A DNA stretch of 62,756 bases from a virus (taxonomy: Duplodnaviria > Caudoviricetes): the IMG/VR virus record IMGVR_UViG_3300027869_000002, positions 1 to 62,756 of that record; one strand, 5' to 3'. The notes under the pieces were generated by a model. That model was given only the letters and a program-made list of their open reading frames with translations, searched no databases and was not told where the DNA came from. The stretch's first letter is position 1; every line of letters begins with the position of its first letter. Shown here in pieces: positions 36,147-44,780 of this stretch. Position numbers and translations under genes: made by a program.

Positions 36147-37593
36147 GAAAGAACTCCAGCGCCCGCGCCTTGGTCAGTTGCCCGCTGCGGGTGTACGCGC
36201 GGGTCTTGCCATCTAACAGCGGAGGATTTAGCGGGTCCATGGCCGATCCCAGGTTGATATACGTCCGCCCGGGGAACTTCTCCCACAGCTTCACCACCGG
36301 GATGGTTCCAGCCATGCCGGCCGCCCAGAGCAGGATATCGAAGCCGAACGGGTCATTCGCCAGCTTCTCGTAAATCGAATCCACCGACGCCAGCAGGTCC
36401 TTCATGGGCGTGACCACGTGCTCGCAGCCGAGCATGCGCGCGGCCGCGGCGTGCTCCTTGGGTCCAATATACACTTTCCGCCGCGTGTCCGCCTTGACCG
36501 CCCTGTAGAAATCGAGCAGCTCGCAGGATTCGCGCGTTAGGAGCAGGGCTTCGAAGTGTAGGAAGTTCAGCCGGGCGCCCCCGATCAGCCTGGCATACTC
36601 TGCCCGGTATTCTGTCGAGCGGTTGGCACCGAACGAAGCCGAGAGCCAGTCGCCGACAAAAATTCGGCCCTGCTCCTTTTCCCAATAATCAAGCTCTGCA
36701 TCGCCGCCAGACCCATCCGGACGCCAGGCGAACAGGCGATCCCACGCCTCCTGCATCCCGCGCGCAAGTTCCGGCGAATACTGTTCGCCGTCCGCTGTGT
36801 GGCCGATTCCCTTCCGGTTGATGCACTCTAACGCGCCATCGCCGTAGCGGACGAACAGGAACGGGTTGCGGCTCCGAAGCCTGGATGTGAGGTACCCGGC
36901 GCTTTCGTCGATCGACAGGCGGGCGTAGGTCCCATTGCGGCTGAGCGGGTCGAATCTCATCTGGCTATCCGAGCTGATGACTCCCGTGGGCCTCGGCGGG
37001 CCGCCCCAGAATTCGGATGATCCCCGTACCGGGCGCTGCGCCACCACGCCGTATCCCAGCGGGAATCGAAAGCCGCCCAGGTCGATCGAAGCGCGGCGCT
37101 CGTGGCGGACGATGTCAAAGCCGGCCTGGAACAGCAGGACTTCCATCCCCGCCTTGGTGAACCGCCAGAAATCGTTAACCTCCACCTCGTCCCAATTTGT
37201 CGGGTACGTCATCACCAGGTAGCCGCCGGGTTTCAGCACACCGAATAACCGGCCCAGCCACACCTTGGGGTCGACCAGGTATTGCATCACCTGGGTGCAG
37301 ATGACGGCGTCGAAGAGCGCGCCTGCCGGCCAGGGATCGCCCTCGTCGTACGGCACATAATCGCCGTGGACAAGGTCCCGGTATGGCTGCGGCGTTCGGC
37401 ACGTCTCCGGCTTCCCGGCGCCGAAGTCCAGCACGCGGCCGCCGTAAATATATCTGCCGTGCTGCTCCATGAACCGGCGTATGGAGGTGCGCTCCAGCTC
37501 CCGCACGGTGTGCTGGTTCCACAGCTCGGGCGCGATCCAGTCCTTGGTTAAAGTGGCTTCTGCCATATCCCTATCATGGCCGGGATCTCGCAC
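36133..37593 (-). CDS. SAM methyltransferase fused to a GT-D (DUF1792)-like domain
   Basis: VLDFGAG...FDAVICTQV...LKPGG; C-terminal FVRYGDG...AAGM...INLGSAMDP. Confidence 0.75.
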   Translation of the reverse strand: MRDPGHDRDMAEATLTKDWIAPELWNQHTVRELERTSIRRFMEQHGRYIYGGRVLDFGAGKPETCRTPQPYRDLVHGDYVPYDEGDPWPAGALFDAVICTQVMQYLVDPKVWLGRLFGVLKPGGYLVMTYPTNWDEVEVNDFWRFTKAGMEVLLFQAGFDIVRHERRASIDLGGFRFPLGYGVVAQRPVRGSSEFWGGPPRPTGVISSDSQMRFDPLSRNGTYARLSIDESAGYLTSRLRSRNPFLFVRYGDGALECINRKGIGHTADGEQYSPELARGMQEAWDRLFAWRPDGSGGDAELDYWEKEQGRIFVGDWLSASFGANRSTEYRAEYARLIGGARLNFLHFEALLLTRESCELLDFYRAVKADTRRKVYIGPKEHAAAARMLGCEHVVTPMKDLLASVDSIYEKLANDPFGFDILLWAAGMAGTIPVVKLWEKFPGRTYINLGSAMDPLNPPLLDGKTRAYTRSGQLTKARALEFFRELL

Positions 37594-38183
37594 TGCATCA
37601 CCGGGTCAGTGGAAAATAACTCGCGATGCACCTCCCGCAGTTCTGTATAGGACAGGTGCCTGTCGAGCTGCCCGGTGGTGAGCGAGTGATCGTGAATCAG
37701 GTTCAGCAGCTCCAGCGGACGCAGGTGCACGTGCAGGTAGAAGACGCCCCCCGGCTTCAGGATGCGGGCGATCTTGGGGAGCAGGTGGAAGCCCATCTCG
37801 CCGTGATCCAGGGCGTTGGCGCACAGGATGGTGTCGAAGACGTAATCGCCCGGGTCCCACTGTTCAAACGGCTCCGCGAAATACCGGATGTCGCCGCGCC
37901 CCTCCAGCAGGCTCAGCTCCTCATAGTGCTCGATCAGCGGATCGATCGCCACGCGCAGGCCCGCGTTCAGATGCGGAAGCATTCCCCAATACGGTCCGGT
38001 CCCGATCTCCAGGATGCTCTGATCTTCCGGTGCAACCCACGGCCGCTCGGGCGCGTGTGACCCGAAAGCCACGAGGTAGGCACGTTGCAGCGCCTTCTGC
38101 GCCAGGAGGCCGTCCGGTCCGTCGAGCAGCTCCGCCCGTGTCCAGTACTTCAGCTCGCGGAGATCTTTTCGGCTGAGGGTCAC
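37548..38183 (-). CDS. Class I SAM methyltransferase
   Basis: ILEIGTGP...AIDPL...NALDH...ILKPGG; GTG start overlaps the upstream stop. Confidence 0.85.
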   Translation of the reverse strand: MTLSRKDLRELKYWTRAELLDGPDGLLAQKALQRAYLVAFGSHAPERPWVAPEDQSILEIGTGPYWGMLPHLNAGLRVAIDPLIEHYEELSLLEGRGDIRYFAEPFEQWDPGDYVFDTILCANALDHGEMGFHLLPKIARILKPGGVFYLHVHLRPLELLNLIHDHSLTTGQLDRHLSYTELREVHRELFSTDPVMQCEIPAMIGIWQKPL

Positions 38184-38797
38184 TCGTAATACTCCCAGAG
38201 ATCCCGGCAGAAATGATCCCGGCACCCCAGGCGTTCCAGGTCGATCTGCGACTCGTAGCAGGCCAGCGCTCGAAGCTTGCGGCGGACCATTTCGCCCGTG
38301 AATGCCACTGGCCTATCCGGGTCTCCGTTCGGCAATCGGCGCTCGGATTTCCCGCCTCGATGCGTCTCTGTTCGATAGGTGTAGGTGAGATAGTGAGTCA
38401 CCTGGCCTGGCCAGAGGATGTCTGCGGCGCGCCCGACGGCGTTGTGCTGCTCGTGGCCATTCTCTTCAATTGCGGGGGCATAGACGTGCTCGATCTCTTC
38501 ATCTCCGAATGGCCGCCATGGCTTTATAAGTAGTAGCGCATCCGAGACCGCCTCCGCGTCCGACGCGGTCGCATGATGGTCGGGGATGCCGGCAAACATC
38601 GCGATATCACAGCCCAGTTCCAGCAGCGCGCGGCGGGTTTCGAATCGTCGATCGTCCGCAGTCACCGGATTACCCCGCTTTTGCTGGAGGAACGAATCGA
38701 AGACCACAACCACTGCCACATTCGACTTCTCGCGCTGGATGGTGAAACTAGTCCACAACGTTTCATCATCGTTGTGGGGGGCCAACACGAGCCTCAA
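38180..38797 (-). CDS. PIG-L family N-acetylhexosamine deacetylase
   Basis: LAPHNDDE...RRFETRRA...GHEQH...KLRALACYESQ. Confidence 0.85.
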   Translation of the reverse strand: MRLVLAPHNDDETLWTSFTIQREKSNVAVVVVFDSFLQQKRGNPVTADDRRFETRRALLELGCDIAMFAGIPDHHATASDAEAVSDALLLIKPWRPFGDEEIEHVYAPAIEENGHEQHNAVGRAADILWPGQVTHYLTYTYRTETHRGGKSERRLPNGDPDRPVAFTGEMVRRKLRALACYESQIDLERLGCRDHFCRDLWEYYE

Positions 38798-39510
38798 GCG
38801 GACGCTCTCCGAAGAACCCAGGCGGCCTTCATGCGCGCGCGGGTTTCCGCGCTCTTTGGCCTACCTTTTGAAGCGACGCTGATCTTTCGTTTCGTCTCCG
38901 CTGAAAGCGGAACTCCCGGACGGACGACACGGCATATTGCTTGCTGGCGTTGTTCGGGATTCTGCAAGCGACGTTTGGCCGCCGCACTCATTGCCGCCCT
39001 GCCGGCTAGAGATTTAGGCTTCCCGGCGTTCGCGGCGCGGCATTTGTCTTTTGCGAGGTCGCTGTGCTTCCAGCCTCTGACTCTTTCGCGGGTTCGATTG
39101 GCCTCAGCGATGCGCTCCCGAGCTGCTGGATCCGCAAACCGCCGTCTATTAGCCGCGGCTATTTTCGCGCGCTGTTCTTGGGTCAGCGCAAAGCCGCCGC
39201 CGCCCTCTCCGCCCGCTCTGATATTGGTCAGGCGCGCGCCCGCATCACGAAAAGCAGCGATCCATCTTTGCTCAGCCTGGTCGAGTCCAGCCCCTTCCGC
39301 CAGTGATTCGAGCTGCACAATGGAGACCTGATAACCCGCCGATCTGATCCAGTTACAGACGTACTGCCGCATACCCCTGCGCGCAGCCCAGAGGTGGCGG
39401 TCCAGGCGATCAGCCAAAGAAGCCGTCGTCTTCCCGACGTAGCGAATCGCTCCAGTCCGATTATCGCGAAGCCCATAAATAAAGGCGCTTTCCATATTCC
39501 CCATGGTCAC
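38794..39510 (-). CDS. GIY-YIG homing endonuclease with NUMOD3 repeats
   Basis: IYGLRD...RYVGKT...RL..H...E..WI...LTN..GGEG; SAETKRKIS and SAETRARM repeats. Confidence 0.85.
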   Translation of the reverse strand: MTMGNMESAFIYGLRDNRTGAIRYVGKTTASLADRLDRHLWAARRGMRQYVCNWIRSAGYQVSIVQLESLAEGAGLDQAEQRWIAAFRDAGARLTNIRAGGEGGGGFALTQEQRAKIAAANRRRFADPAARERIAEANRTRERVRGWKHSDLAKDKCRAANAGKPKSLAGRAAMSAAAKRRLQNPEQRQQAICRVVRPGVPLSAETKRKISVASKGRPKSAETRARMKAAWVLRRASA

Positions 39511-39554
39511 ACAGAGCGATCAAATCGAAGGTACTAGATGGGTGGTATCCAGCT

Positions 39555-40079
39555 TCAATTCTTGACCGCCTGTAACAATGCCCTCACCTTGCTGCGTCTC
39601 TCCGCGCCCTCGCCGTATTCATAGAGCTCCCAGTGCAGCGGCCGAAACAGCGCTGTGATTCCATAAGCCGGCCCCAATCTTCCGCGTTCACCCCGAGGGT
39701 GATTCCACTCTTCGCAGAAGTAGTACCGGTCATCCATGGTCCAGAACGTCGTGTGCGTGGGGTCCGCAAACGCCCCCGGATTCACCCGTCCGTCCGAGAG
39801 ATACACGCACGGCACCCACAGATCCAAAGTCCCGTTAGCCTGCAGCACGCGGTGGGCTTCGTTCAGCGTGAAGATCTTCGATGGGAGATGCTCGAACACA
39901 TCGTGGGCAATGATGTCCTCGACTGACGACGTCCGCCACGGCCAGGCCACCCGCAGGTCCGCGATCTGATCGCACGGCGGGCATTGATCCACGTTCAGAT
40001 AGCCCGGCTTCAAATCGTCCGAGCATCCCAAATGCAGCCTCAAAACCACTCCCGCTTCGAAGCCGCCAGGCCCGCGCAC
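39555..40079 (-). CDS. SAM methyltransferase (type 11-like)
   Basis: LHLGCS...GYLNVD...DL...HDVFEHL...EAHRVL...DPTH. Confidence 0.85.
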   Translation of the reverse strand: MRGPGGFEAGVVLRLHLGCSDDLKPGYLNVDQCPPCDQIADLRVAWPWRTSSVEDIIAHDVFEHLPSKIFTLNEAHRVLQANGTLDLWVPCVYLSDGRVNPGAFADPTHTTFWTMDDRYYFCEEWNHPRGERGRLGPAYGITALFRPLHWELYEYGEGAERRSKVRALLQAVKN

Positions 40080-40110
40080 AGACTCAGGCCATAAAGGAAC
40101 AGCAGAAAGA

Positions 40111-40824
40111 TCATGTCAGTGCCTCAACATTGACCGCCGCGAAGAATGCCGACGGAAACGCCTCGTCCCGGATGCGCGGCCAGCCGTTCGATGCGATGTT
40201 GCGCGCGCTTGAGCTATTCGAATCGTGCGCCCGCGCCACGCACATCCCTCCGCCGTCGAGGGTGGCCACGCCGTCAATCGCTTGCGCCTGGCGCATGACT
40301 TGTACGTCCGTGGCGTCGAAGCGCGGGTTCGCGGGGAGTCCGGAGTACTCGGGCCACCGGTGCGATTTCCAGAACTCTTTGGTGTAGGCCATGGAGGTTC
40401 CGATCGCGAAGCCTTCCGCGCCTTTCCACCGGTATCCGAGCGCCGTCCGCATGTCCCAGAACAGGAGCGAGTGATAGCCGGACATGGGTTTGCCTGACTC
40501 GCCGAGCAGTCTTACCTGCTCTTCCATCCGTCCGGGCGCCGACCAGTCGTCGGAATCGAAGTGCATAATCACTTCGCCCTGGGCAAGCTGGCAGCACTTT
40601 TCACGCTTCGCCCCGATGGTTGCGCGTGGCTGTCTCAGGTACCGCAGCGAAAGCTGCTTTCCCGCACAGAAGCGATCGGCAAACGCTCCGGGGAATGACG
40701 GATCGTCTTCGTCGTCCAGAATCACCAGCTCGCGCGGCGCGTACGTCTGCGCCATGAAACACTTCACAGCGGTCCGGGCGAGCGCCTGCCTGCCCCTGGT
40801 GGGCATGATGGCGGAAACGAGCAT
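40111..40824 (-). CDS. GT2 glycosyltransferase
   Basis: VSAIMPT.GR...ELVILDD...IGAKR...HFDSDDWS. Confidence 0.9.
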   Translation of the reverse strand: MLVSAIMPTRGRQALARTAVKCFMAQTYAPRELVILDDEDDPSFPGAFADRFCAGKQLSLRYLRQPRATIGAKREKCCQLAQGEVIMHFDSDDWSAPGRMEEQVRLLGESGKPMSGYHSLLFWDMRTALGYRWKGAEGFAIGTSMAYTKEFWKSHRWPEYSGLPANPRFDATDVQVMRQAQAIDGVATLDGGGMCVARAHDSNSSSARNIASNGWPRIRDEAFPSAFFAAVNVEALT

Positions 40825-40879
40825 TCTCAGGCTTTCTCGCGTTTGGCCCGCGCGCGCTTCTTCTTGTCGCGGCCCTTGC

Positions 40880-41710
40880 TCACAGGACTTCTACCGTGGC
40901 AACGATATCCCCGAGAGCGTCCACTGTGACTGCTCCACCGGTGAATACGCCCGCACCGGTGCAGGTGGCGATGGTGCCGGCAGTGGGCGACGCGGAGTAG
41001 AGCGTGCCGCCGTTATTCGTGATGGTCACCGCACCCGTGGGAACGTTGCCCGATACCGTGATGGTCCCGAGGGCTGCGACACCGGTGGAATTATTGGTAA
41101 AGGTGACGATCTGGGTGCCATAGCGCCCATCGAGAGTCGTGCCGTAGGCCTGGATGATTTTTCCCGTGTAGTCGATGAACGTTGCCGGATTGGTGTGGCA
41201 GGTCCGCGGGGGAAACGTGATCACCCCGCCGGCGGCGATCGCCGTGGTGATCGCGGTGGTGTCGTCAGTCACTCCATCGCAGCGGGCGCCTGAGTTTTCA
41301 ACCGACACGGCGCCGGTGACCTGGGATGGATTCGGCCCGCTGATCTCCGTGCGAATGGTGACCAGCACGCCTGCCCCTCCGGACCAGGTGGCGGAGATGG
41401 AATAGTGATCGTAGACCGAGGCGATCGTGGGTTTGCGCGAAGCCACGCTCGAGCCCGTGGTGGCGTTCGAATCCAGCTGCGTGCAAACGTTCAGCGACGT
41501 GCAGCCCGAAATAACTACGGTCGTTGAGGTGGGAGAGCCGAGGACCGTTTCGAGGAAGCCGGCGACCTGGGAGCTATACTGATTCGCCACCGTGATGGAG
41601 GCGCCCGAGGCGGAGATGGTCTGCGAATCGGTATGGAGCAGCCCGCCCTGGGCGAGAGTCAGCAGGCACGCGAGCAGCCCGAGCGCGATGGTCTTTGAGA
41701 GTGTGAGCAT
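40880..41710 (-). CDS. Exported-looking protein with a pectate-lyase-3-type beta-helix start
   Basis: Signal-peptide-like MLTLSKTIALGLLACLLTLAQG; GARCDGVTDDTTAI motif. Confidence 0.6.
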   Translation of the reverse strand: MLTLSKTIALGLLACLLTLAQGGLLHTDSQTISASGASITVANQYSSQVAGFLETVLGSPTSTTVVISGCTSLNVCTQLDSNATTGSSVASRKPTIASVYDHYSISATWSGGAGVLVTIRTEISGPNPSQVTGAVSVENSGARCDGVTDDTTAITTAIAAGGVITFPPRTCHTNPATFIDYTGKIIQAYGTTLDGRYGTQIVTFTNNSTGVAALGTITVSGNVPTGAVTITNNGGTLYSASPTAGTIATCTGAGVFTGGAVTVDALGDIVATVEVL

Positions 41711-41762
41711 GAGGAAAAGGTGGGGCCGCTGGTAGGCAGCAGCCCCCAAGCGAGGCTTCTGG

Positions 41763-42194
41763 TTAAGTGATTGCAAAGCCGGTGATTGAGCCGTTGACGT
41801 ACCAGGTGCCGTTATACGCTTTGAGCGATACGGACTGGCCCTTGGTGCCGGCGGCGGTCAGGATGTGGTTGACGCCGTTGATGCCGTTGGCGGGCGTGGT
41901 CACGGTGTGCGCGTGCCCCGTGCCGTCGATGATATCCAGCCGGCGGCCGTCATCACCGCCTGCGGAGGGCAGGCCGGCAATAGGAGCGGCGAGAAGATAG
42001 GCGCCGGCACTCACCTTAGTGAGAATGACCAGGCCTTCCTTCGAGGAGATCTCCGCCGGGTCGGAGGCCACGGGCGGGGACGATACGGTATCGAGCGGTT
42101 TCACCTCGACGCCAAACATGGGTTCGAGGTTTTGACAGATGAAGCTCTCCTCGTCGGGAGAGGTAGTCGGGAAGCGGTTCACGATATTAGCCAT
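41763..42194 (-). CDS. Head decoration/capsid-associated protein (SSPPV variant motif)
   Basis: AAGGAG RBS, directly after MCP; beta-rich, ends LKAYNGTWYV. Confidence 0.65.
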   Translation of the reverse strand: MANIVNRFPTTSPDEESFICQNLEPMFGVEVKPLDTVSSPPVASDPAEISSKEGLVILTKVSAGAYLLAAPIAGLPSAGGDDGRRLDIIDGTGHAHTVTTPANGINGVNHILTAAGTKGQSVSLKAYNGTWYVNGSITGFAIT

Positions 42195-42254
42195 TGAATT
42201 GTTCTCCTTGGTTTTTGAAATTGGGGGGCCATGTTGTTTCAGCCCCCCGGCAGG

Positions 42255-43559
42255 TTAGGAATTGGCGCAGTAGAACACCGGGTGGGTGCCGGCGTCCAAC
42301 AGGTTGCCGTCGTAGCGCGCAAACGCCAAGAACGCCACCTGGCCAAAATCCGCAAACCGCTCGACCAGGCGCAGGACCGACATCTCCTTCACGCGCCGGA
42401 TCAGGTACTTATCCAACGGGCCGAACGCCACGCTCTTGTTGAGGTGTCCCAACTGGGCCATGTCGTTATTGATCGAGAAGCCGTAGCCGTTGATGGTGTC
42501 CGCGGCGCCGGTGGTCATGCCGGCCATCCACAAGGGGCGGCCGTACTTGTCCTTCAGGGTCTTCACGAAGCGCAGGGTCTGATCGTGGAACATGAACTTC
42601 GCGCCCTTGCGATACAGCGGGTCTACCTGGTGCTCCAGGTTGACGAAGTCGGTGTAACCGAACTGCGTGGTGGGGTCCGGAACGGTCGCGTTGTCGTCGC
42701 CGATGACGGTCTGGGTGGAAGCGGCGGACGCGGTGATGATGCCCTTCGGCTCATTGGTTCCCGAGCCCACCGTGAACTTGGTGTTCGAGATACGGCCCAG
42801 GCGGGTGCCGAATTTCTTGACGAGGAAGCTCTCCATGTCGAAGGCCGAATCCTGGAGCAGCTCGATCGAAACCTTGACCAGCTTCGAAGAGAACTTCCAG
42901 GCGCCGAACAGGATCTGGCCGAGCGACACATCCGCGGTCGAAACCTGCTGGCCTTCGCCCACGATCTCACCGGCTACCGTGGTGTCGTTGTCGGTCGGGT
43001 AGGGCAACTGCTGGCCGGTGGCGGTGTCGAGCACCTCCGCCTGGTTCCACATGTCGCCGTAATACTTCAGCGCGTCTTCGATCTTGTTGGTAAAACCAAC
43101 CGGGACGAAGAAGCCCGTGGTGGCTCCGGGATACGCACCCTGGCCGCCGGATCCCATGTCGCGCGATTCCACGTCCATGATGGTGCGGCGGGTGGTGAGG
43201 ATTTTCTTATCCTCGTCCGAAATGCCGCGGAAGCCGTACTGGTCCGGCGTCCATCCCTGGCGCATGAAGTTATTGAACGCCCGCGCTTCTTTCTTGCGGG
43301 CTTCGGCGGCCACGTCGGGGCTGTCGGCGCCGTTGGGCGCGTTTTCCCGTCGCGTGGGGTCCTGGGGCGTGCGCAGCTCCGCGTCGAGAGCACCCGAGCG
43401 TTCCATGCGCGTGATGGCTTCGAGCAACTGCTTCTGCTCGGCGTCCATGGCGTCGAATTTGGTCATGTTCTCGGCCCGCGTGGCGGGAGTCGAGAGGTCC
43501 AAAGCTGCCATGTCGGCCGCGATTTTGCCGCGCTGTTCGCGCAGCTCCTTGCTGGTCAT
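42255..43559 (-). CDS. Major capsid protein (HK97 family, with delta domain)
   Basis: AGGAG RBS at MTSKELREQRG; GFFVP, VSIELLQDS, LKDKYGRPLW, FLAFARYDG. Confidence 0.95.
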   Translation of the reverse strand: MTSKELREQRGKIAADMAALDLSTPATRAENMTKFDAMDAEQKQLLEAITRMERSGALDAELRTPQDPTRRENAPNGADSPDVAAEARKKEARAFNNFMRQGWTPDQYGFRGISDEDKKILTTRRTIMDVESRDMGSGGQGAYPGATTGFFVPVGFTNKIEDALKYYGDMWNQAEVLDTATGQQLPYPTDNDTTVAGEIVGEGQQVSTADVSLGQILFGAWKFSSKLVKVSIELLQDSAFDMESFLVKKFGTRLGRISNTKFTVGSGTNEPKGIITASAASTQTVIGDDNATVPDPTTQFGYTDFVNLEHQVDPLYRKGAKFMFHDQTLRFVKTLKDKYGRPLWMAGMTTGAADTINGYGFSINNDMAQLGHLNKSVAFGPLDKYLIRRVKEMSVLRLVERFADFGQVAFLAFARYDGNLLDAGTHPVFYCANS

Positions 43560-43699
43560 AGAGTTTTCTCCTGTTGAGTTTTGGGGTGTGACACATCGCG
43601 CCTCAGCCGCCGCGGCCCGCGGGGTGTGCGCGCTTCCGCCCTCCGCGCGTGGCATCCAAGCCAGCCCGCATCCGGGCGCGCGTCAGGCGGCGAAAATTG

Positions 43700-43927
43700 T
43701 TAGCTGATTAGCTTTCCGTCCACCAGCACGGAAAGCGTGTGCTTCGGACAGTAGAACTTTTTGTCGATCTCCCGCCAGCCTTCCGGCATTGACGGATTCG
43801 GAATCTGATGCTGGGGCCCGTAGGGCCTGTGCTGCTCCACCCCGACTTGCTCGCATCCGAAGCAGTGCCATTCGTACCGAAGCACCGCTACGGTGAATCC
43901 ACCGGGAAGGTAGCTAGGCTGCGACAT
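43700..43927 (-). CDS. Small Zn-binding protein
   Basis: CFGC...PEGW...YCPKH. Confidence 0.55.
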   Translation of the reverse strand: MSQPSYLPGGFTVAVLRYEWHCFGCEQVGVEQHRPYGPQHQIPNPSMPEGWREIDKKFYCPKHTLSVLVDGKLIS

Positions 43928-44780
43928 CGGGCTCCAGGGTGGCCTGGATGGCGCGCAGGCGGAAGTTGCGCTTCTCGACTTCGGGGTCGACGGCGTTCGC
44001 CTCGACTGGATCCACAGCGGCGGGCGCAGCCACGGCGGGCGGATCAACCACCACGGGCTTGGGCTCAACCTTGGGAGCCCGCTTGTGGCGCTTCATGGAG
44101 CGCTCGCCGTCCTCGGCTTCGCAGTTGGTATCCACGCAATCCGAATTCGAACACTCGGCGCACTCGCCGGCCTCGCACTGCTCGCACTCACACTTGCAAT
44201 ACGTGTTGCGCTTCTCAAAGCGGGAGCGGACTTCGGAGGGCATGCCCTGCGGAAACATGGAGCGGATGCCGGCGGTGGCGCTTTCGCTGGCCGGGAAAGT
44301 GACGGGCGAAACGTCGAACAGGTCCACGTCCAGGATGGTGCGGGTGGATTTAACCAGCTTGCCGGCGTCGTCGAATTCGTCCGCCCAGGTGTCTTTCTTG
44401 ACGATGAAGCCGATCGAGGCGCCGTCCACATCGCCGCGTTCGATCGCGTCGGTGACATGCGTGGCCATGGGTCCGGCCGGGGGAGTGTCGGTATATTTCA
44501 GGCCGGTCGAATCCACGCTCAGCACCAGGGTGCCGGGCTTGGTACGCCCCAGGATGAAATTCACATCGTGGTTGAAGAGGCACCGCACGTCCTGCTTTTC
44601 CGCTATCGCTCGGTTGAACGCCAGGGGCGACATGATTTCTTCGTATTCGTCCCACCAGTCGGAGATGGAATAGGGCACGTTGAAAACCGAGGCGTAGCCC
44701 TCGATGCGGCGCGTGTCGGCCGCACCTGTCATCCGGACTTCAGTTTTCAAGTTGCGGTATTCGATCTTCTGCTTGCTCAT
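43914..44780 (-). CDS. HK97-family prohead protease with Cys-rich C-terminal extension
   Basis: IEGYASVFN, LFNHD, RGDVDGASIGF, DVSPVTFPA. Confidence 0.92.
   Translation of the reverse strand: MSKQKIEYRNLKTEVRMTGAADTRRIEGYASVFNVPYSISDWWDEYEEIMSPLAFNRAIAEKQDVRCLFNHDVNFILGRTKPGTLVLSVDSTGLKYTDTPPAGPMATHVTDAIERGDVDGASIGFIVKKDTWADEFDDAGKLVKSTRTILDVDLFDVSPVTFPASESATAGIRSMFPQGMPSEVRSRFEKRNTYCKCECEQCEAGECAECSNSDCVDTNCEAEDGERSMKRHKRAPKVEPKPVVVDPPAVAAPAAVDPVEANAVDPEVEKRNFRLRAIQATLEPDVAA

Noticed and set aside
34696-40824. Serotype-conversion (gtr) cassette
   Set aside because: No membrane flippase or bactoprenol transferase; the genes are soluble and coupled within the late operon
42231-43577. Long plus-strand ORFs opposite MCP, portal, terL, methylase and recombinase 2 (e.g. 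448 aa, 377 aa)
   Set aside because: Typical antisense shadow frames of GC-rich genes, with no recognisable motifs
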